DNA from: Ylistrum balloti
Lineage: Eukaryota
Direction of reading: 5' to 3'
Assembly: GCF_031769215.1 (NCBI RefSeq)
Contig: NW_026782173.1
Location: forward strand, 1,736,001 to 1,800,000
Length of the DNA stretch: 64,000 bases
Under the pieces are notes generated by a model that made no database searches, had not been told where the DNA came from, and saw only the letters and a list, made by a program, of their open reading frames with translations. How positions within the stretch are numbered: the first letter of the stretch is position 1; the number at the start of each line of letters is the position of its first letter. Made by a program: the position numbers and the translations under genes. Positions 61,546 to 64,000 of this stretch are shown here, piece after piece.

Positions 61546-64000
61546 AACATTATATTGTTTATACATTTCAACTTAAAACCGCTAACACTGATATACAACT
61601 AAATATGCGCACAGGTTACTCAATAGTTTCTTTCATGATGTTTGAAAAGTGCTTAATCTTACAAAGCTGAGTAGGAGGATAAGTCTTATCTAAATGATAA
61701 TGTTAATCAGCAAAAATTTGTTATGATAGATTAATAATAAGCAATTTTACGGCTTATTTTATCACAATATAAAAGAATTACATTTCGAATTTGAATACAT
61801 GGTCTTTTGCTGCCTTGGTGATTCCAATAACAATATTGTGTCATAAGAAGTTATAACTTTACTCTATACATGTCTAGTAATGCACAATGTCAACTTTTGT
61901 ACAAATATGTAACATTTAGCCATTTTAGCGTACATGTAATTCTGTGTCGGTCATGAGTCATTAAGGAATAAACACGTTACTTCATAAGTTAGACATAAAA
62001 TAATACAGACTTTATAAACAACCAATGTCATTTTAAAATCTGTAAAACGTGTATTTCCTTAACTTATACTATAAACATGCACGCGGATGTAATATGTACG
62101 AGTTATCGAGCCATGGCACATGTCCAAACAAAATGAATGTTCCTGAGCTGAAAAAAATCCAAATTGTATTGTTCGCAGGAGTGAATGACACATCGACATT
62201 GCTAGTTTTTTTTTCTATCAGTAACATGCATTCAGACAGTCTCGTAATAAACTACGATTATAGAAATACGTTGAACAGGTACAATTAAGTAATTTACACG
62301 AGACATTAACGACGATGTTTTACGTATGAAATCCGGGGTTTTACTGTTTTCCAACTACTAAAACATGACACAGTTCATTAGTAAATTTGAAAGAATATTA
62401 TAATTACAGCTCAAAAAAAGTTATTTTAAGAATAATAAAAAAATTACTTAATAAGCTGCTAAAACCTCCACTGATAAACATTAGAAGACACGGAAGTGAG
62501 CCTACCTGTGTGTTGCGGTATACTCCTTGCTCTGTGGGACTGGTCTACCTACCTCAGGAAACCTCTTCACTATATATACACTAATGGTATCTTACCTGAT
62601 AGGTTACCTACAATATGACGCGCTAATGAGCTCACGAGATAGTCGATGACTAAATGGTGTTCAAGTGTAAGGTGACGTACCCTTAATAGAAAAGACCGCA
62701 CTGTCAATACGTAAAAGACAGGTTCAGAATATAGAATATACATACCTTCTGGCATTGTCAGTTACGAACAAATTACAAAAGATATTGGAATTTTAAGTCT
62801 AGAGCATCTCCCAGGCTAGATTTGACATTTTTTCCTTCGATTTTTACTTAACTCATTTGTATCCAAAGTTTCAAAATTTTGGCCCAGAGCATCACTGGCG
62901 AATTTTTTGTGGTGTTTAATTCACTATTTGGCTCTATTGTATCTAATTCTAAATTTGTATTGAAATATGCCTTCTACTTGAGTTTCTTTTGTACAATGAT
63001 AAAATTGATTCAAGGACCTAAACATCGCGTAGACCTAATCAAAAACAAATCCTACAAAAACATTTGCAATTATAAAGGTAAATATGATGGTTTCGTTTTC
63101 TTTGCAAAGATTAGGTCTATACAAAGCTTACTCTGAAGATTTTCGATTAACATAATTTCAATTTCTCAATCCCAGTCACAAGATTTCCATGACAGATATT
63201 GACTTATTTCAAGAGATGCATGTTGGTTAAGATAATAGAATTTAAGAATGTATTGTCTTAAAAAATCCATTGGGAAGTCATATATTTGCGTTTGCTGTCT
63301 CATGGTTCCGTCTTCACCCTTTCTGATCCTGATTTTATAGAACTAAATGTTATTTGGATACAAGCCCATCGTATGTATATTTCTTTCGTTCATAGTCCGA
63401 GTTTATCAGTTATAGTTATGTTGACAATGCAAAATTTACTTACGGAACACCCTGCAGCTGGGCCCGTATTCATGAAACCGTTCTCATGCTCAAGCATGAA
63501 TTTTGTGCTCATGCCTTATGTCTTATTTAAATTTAAAAAATAATAAATAAGGTTGATTTTGCAAAAGATTTAAAAAAAAAATGAAAGGACTTAAAGTCAA
63601 AGTTATATTCAAAGTTTATATTTGACATTTGTATTATTTATATGGTTTAGGAGAATTACAAAAAAAGTTTGCTTGAGCACAAGATCTATGCTGGAGTATT
63701 CTTGCTCATTCTTTGCCCTAGTTTTATTGGATACATTAATATGGATTACATGTTCACGCTATTTCATTTCATCTTCATAGGAATAAAATAAGTTTATTCT
63801 GCTGTCGTTAATAACCTTGAAAATAAGATATGCTTGTGGGTAGTAAATGACCTTTCTTTATTCTAATCAAACAATATTGAACATCTTTCCTGATCTTGTT
63901 CTGAATGTGATTACATTCCGTGATAGACTAACCCATAAACCACTTTCTCGATTCCCATCAGCAGGCCGACCACGTCCCATATCCCATCATGTCTCCTCGT

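Noticed and set aside
63840-64000. More GC-rich stretch at the right edge, possibly the end of a minus-strand coding exon
   Set aside because: Only 14-29 codons visible before a stop in the open frames; unidentifiable without flanking sequence.

Overview
AT-rich eukaryotic genomic DNA, most likely a bivalve mollusc (inferred from the interspersed repeat families and an Asp-rich secreted protein). Five spliced protein-coding genes were reconstructed by hand, each with GT-AG introns and consistent phases: SGSH sulfamidase (+, 7 coding exons, 11118-19763, 505 aa); LRRC45 (-, 17 coding exons, 35879-23404, 668 aa); two tandem LRRC20 paralogues (+, 4 exons each, 37328-40094 and 43025-50572); and a secreted, extremely acidic 1158-aa repeat protein (-, 56285-51647), a candidate shell-matrix protein. 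Roughly a third of the window is non-coding minisatellite, which accounts for nearly all long ORFs in the supplied track. The most striking pattern is that at least five intronic arrays are amplified copies of the adjacent exon-intron junction itself. LRRC20b exon 2 is preceded by ~60 copies of its own 3' splice site, each followed by an in-frame stop, and followed by ~30 copies of its 5' splice site, none of which keeps AG|GT. LRRC45 exon 7 is followed by ~39 copies of its donor, many still intact. Also notable: the SGSH catalytic His125 equivalent reads Asn, and two CLEAR-like E-boxes lie upstream of SGSH. All calls come from reading the sequence; no searches were run, and copy numbers are span/unit estimates.
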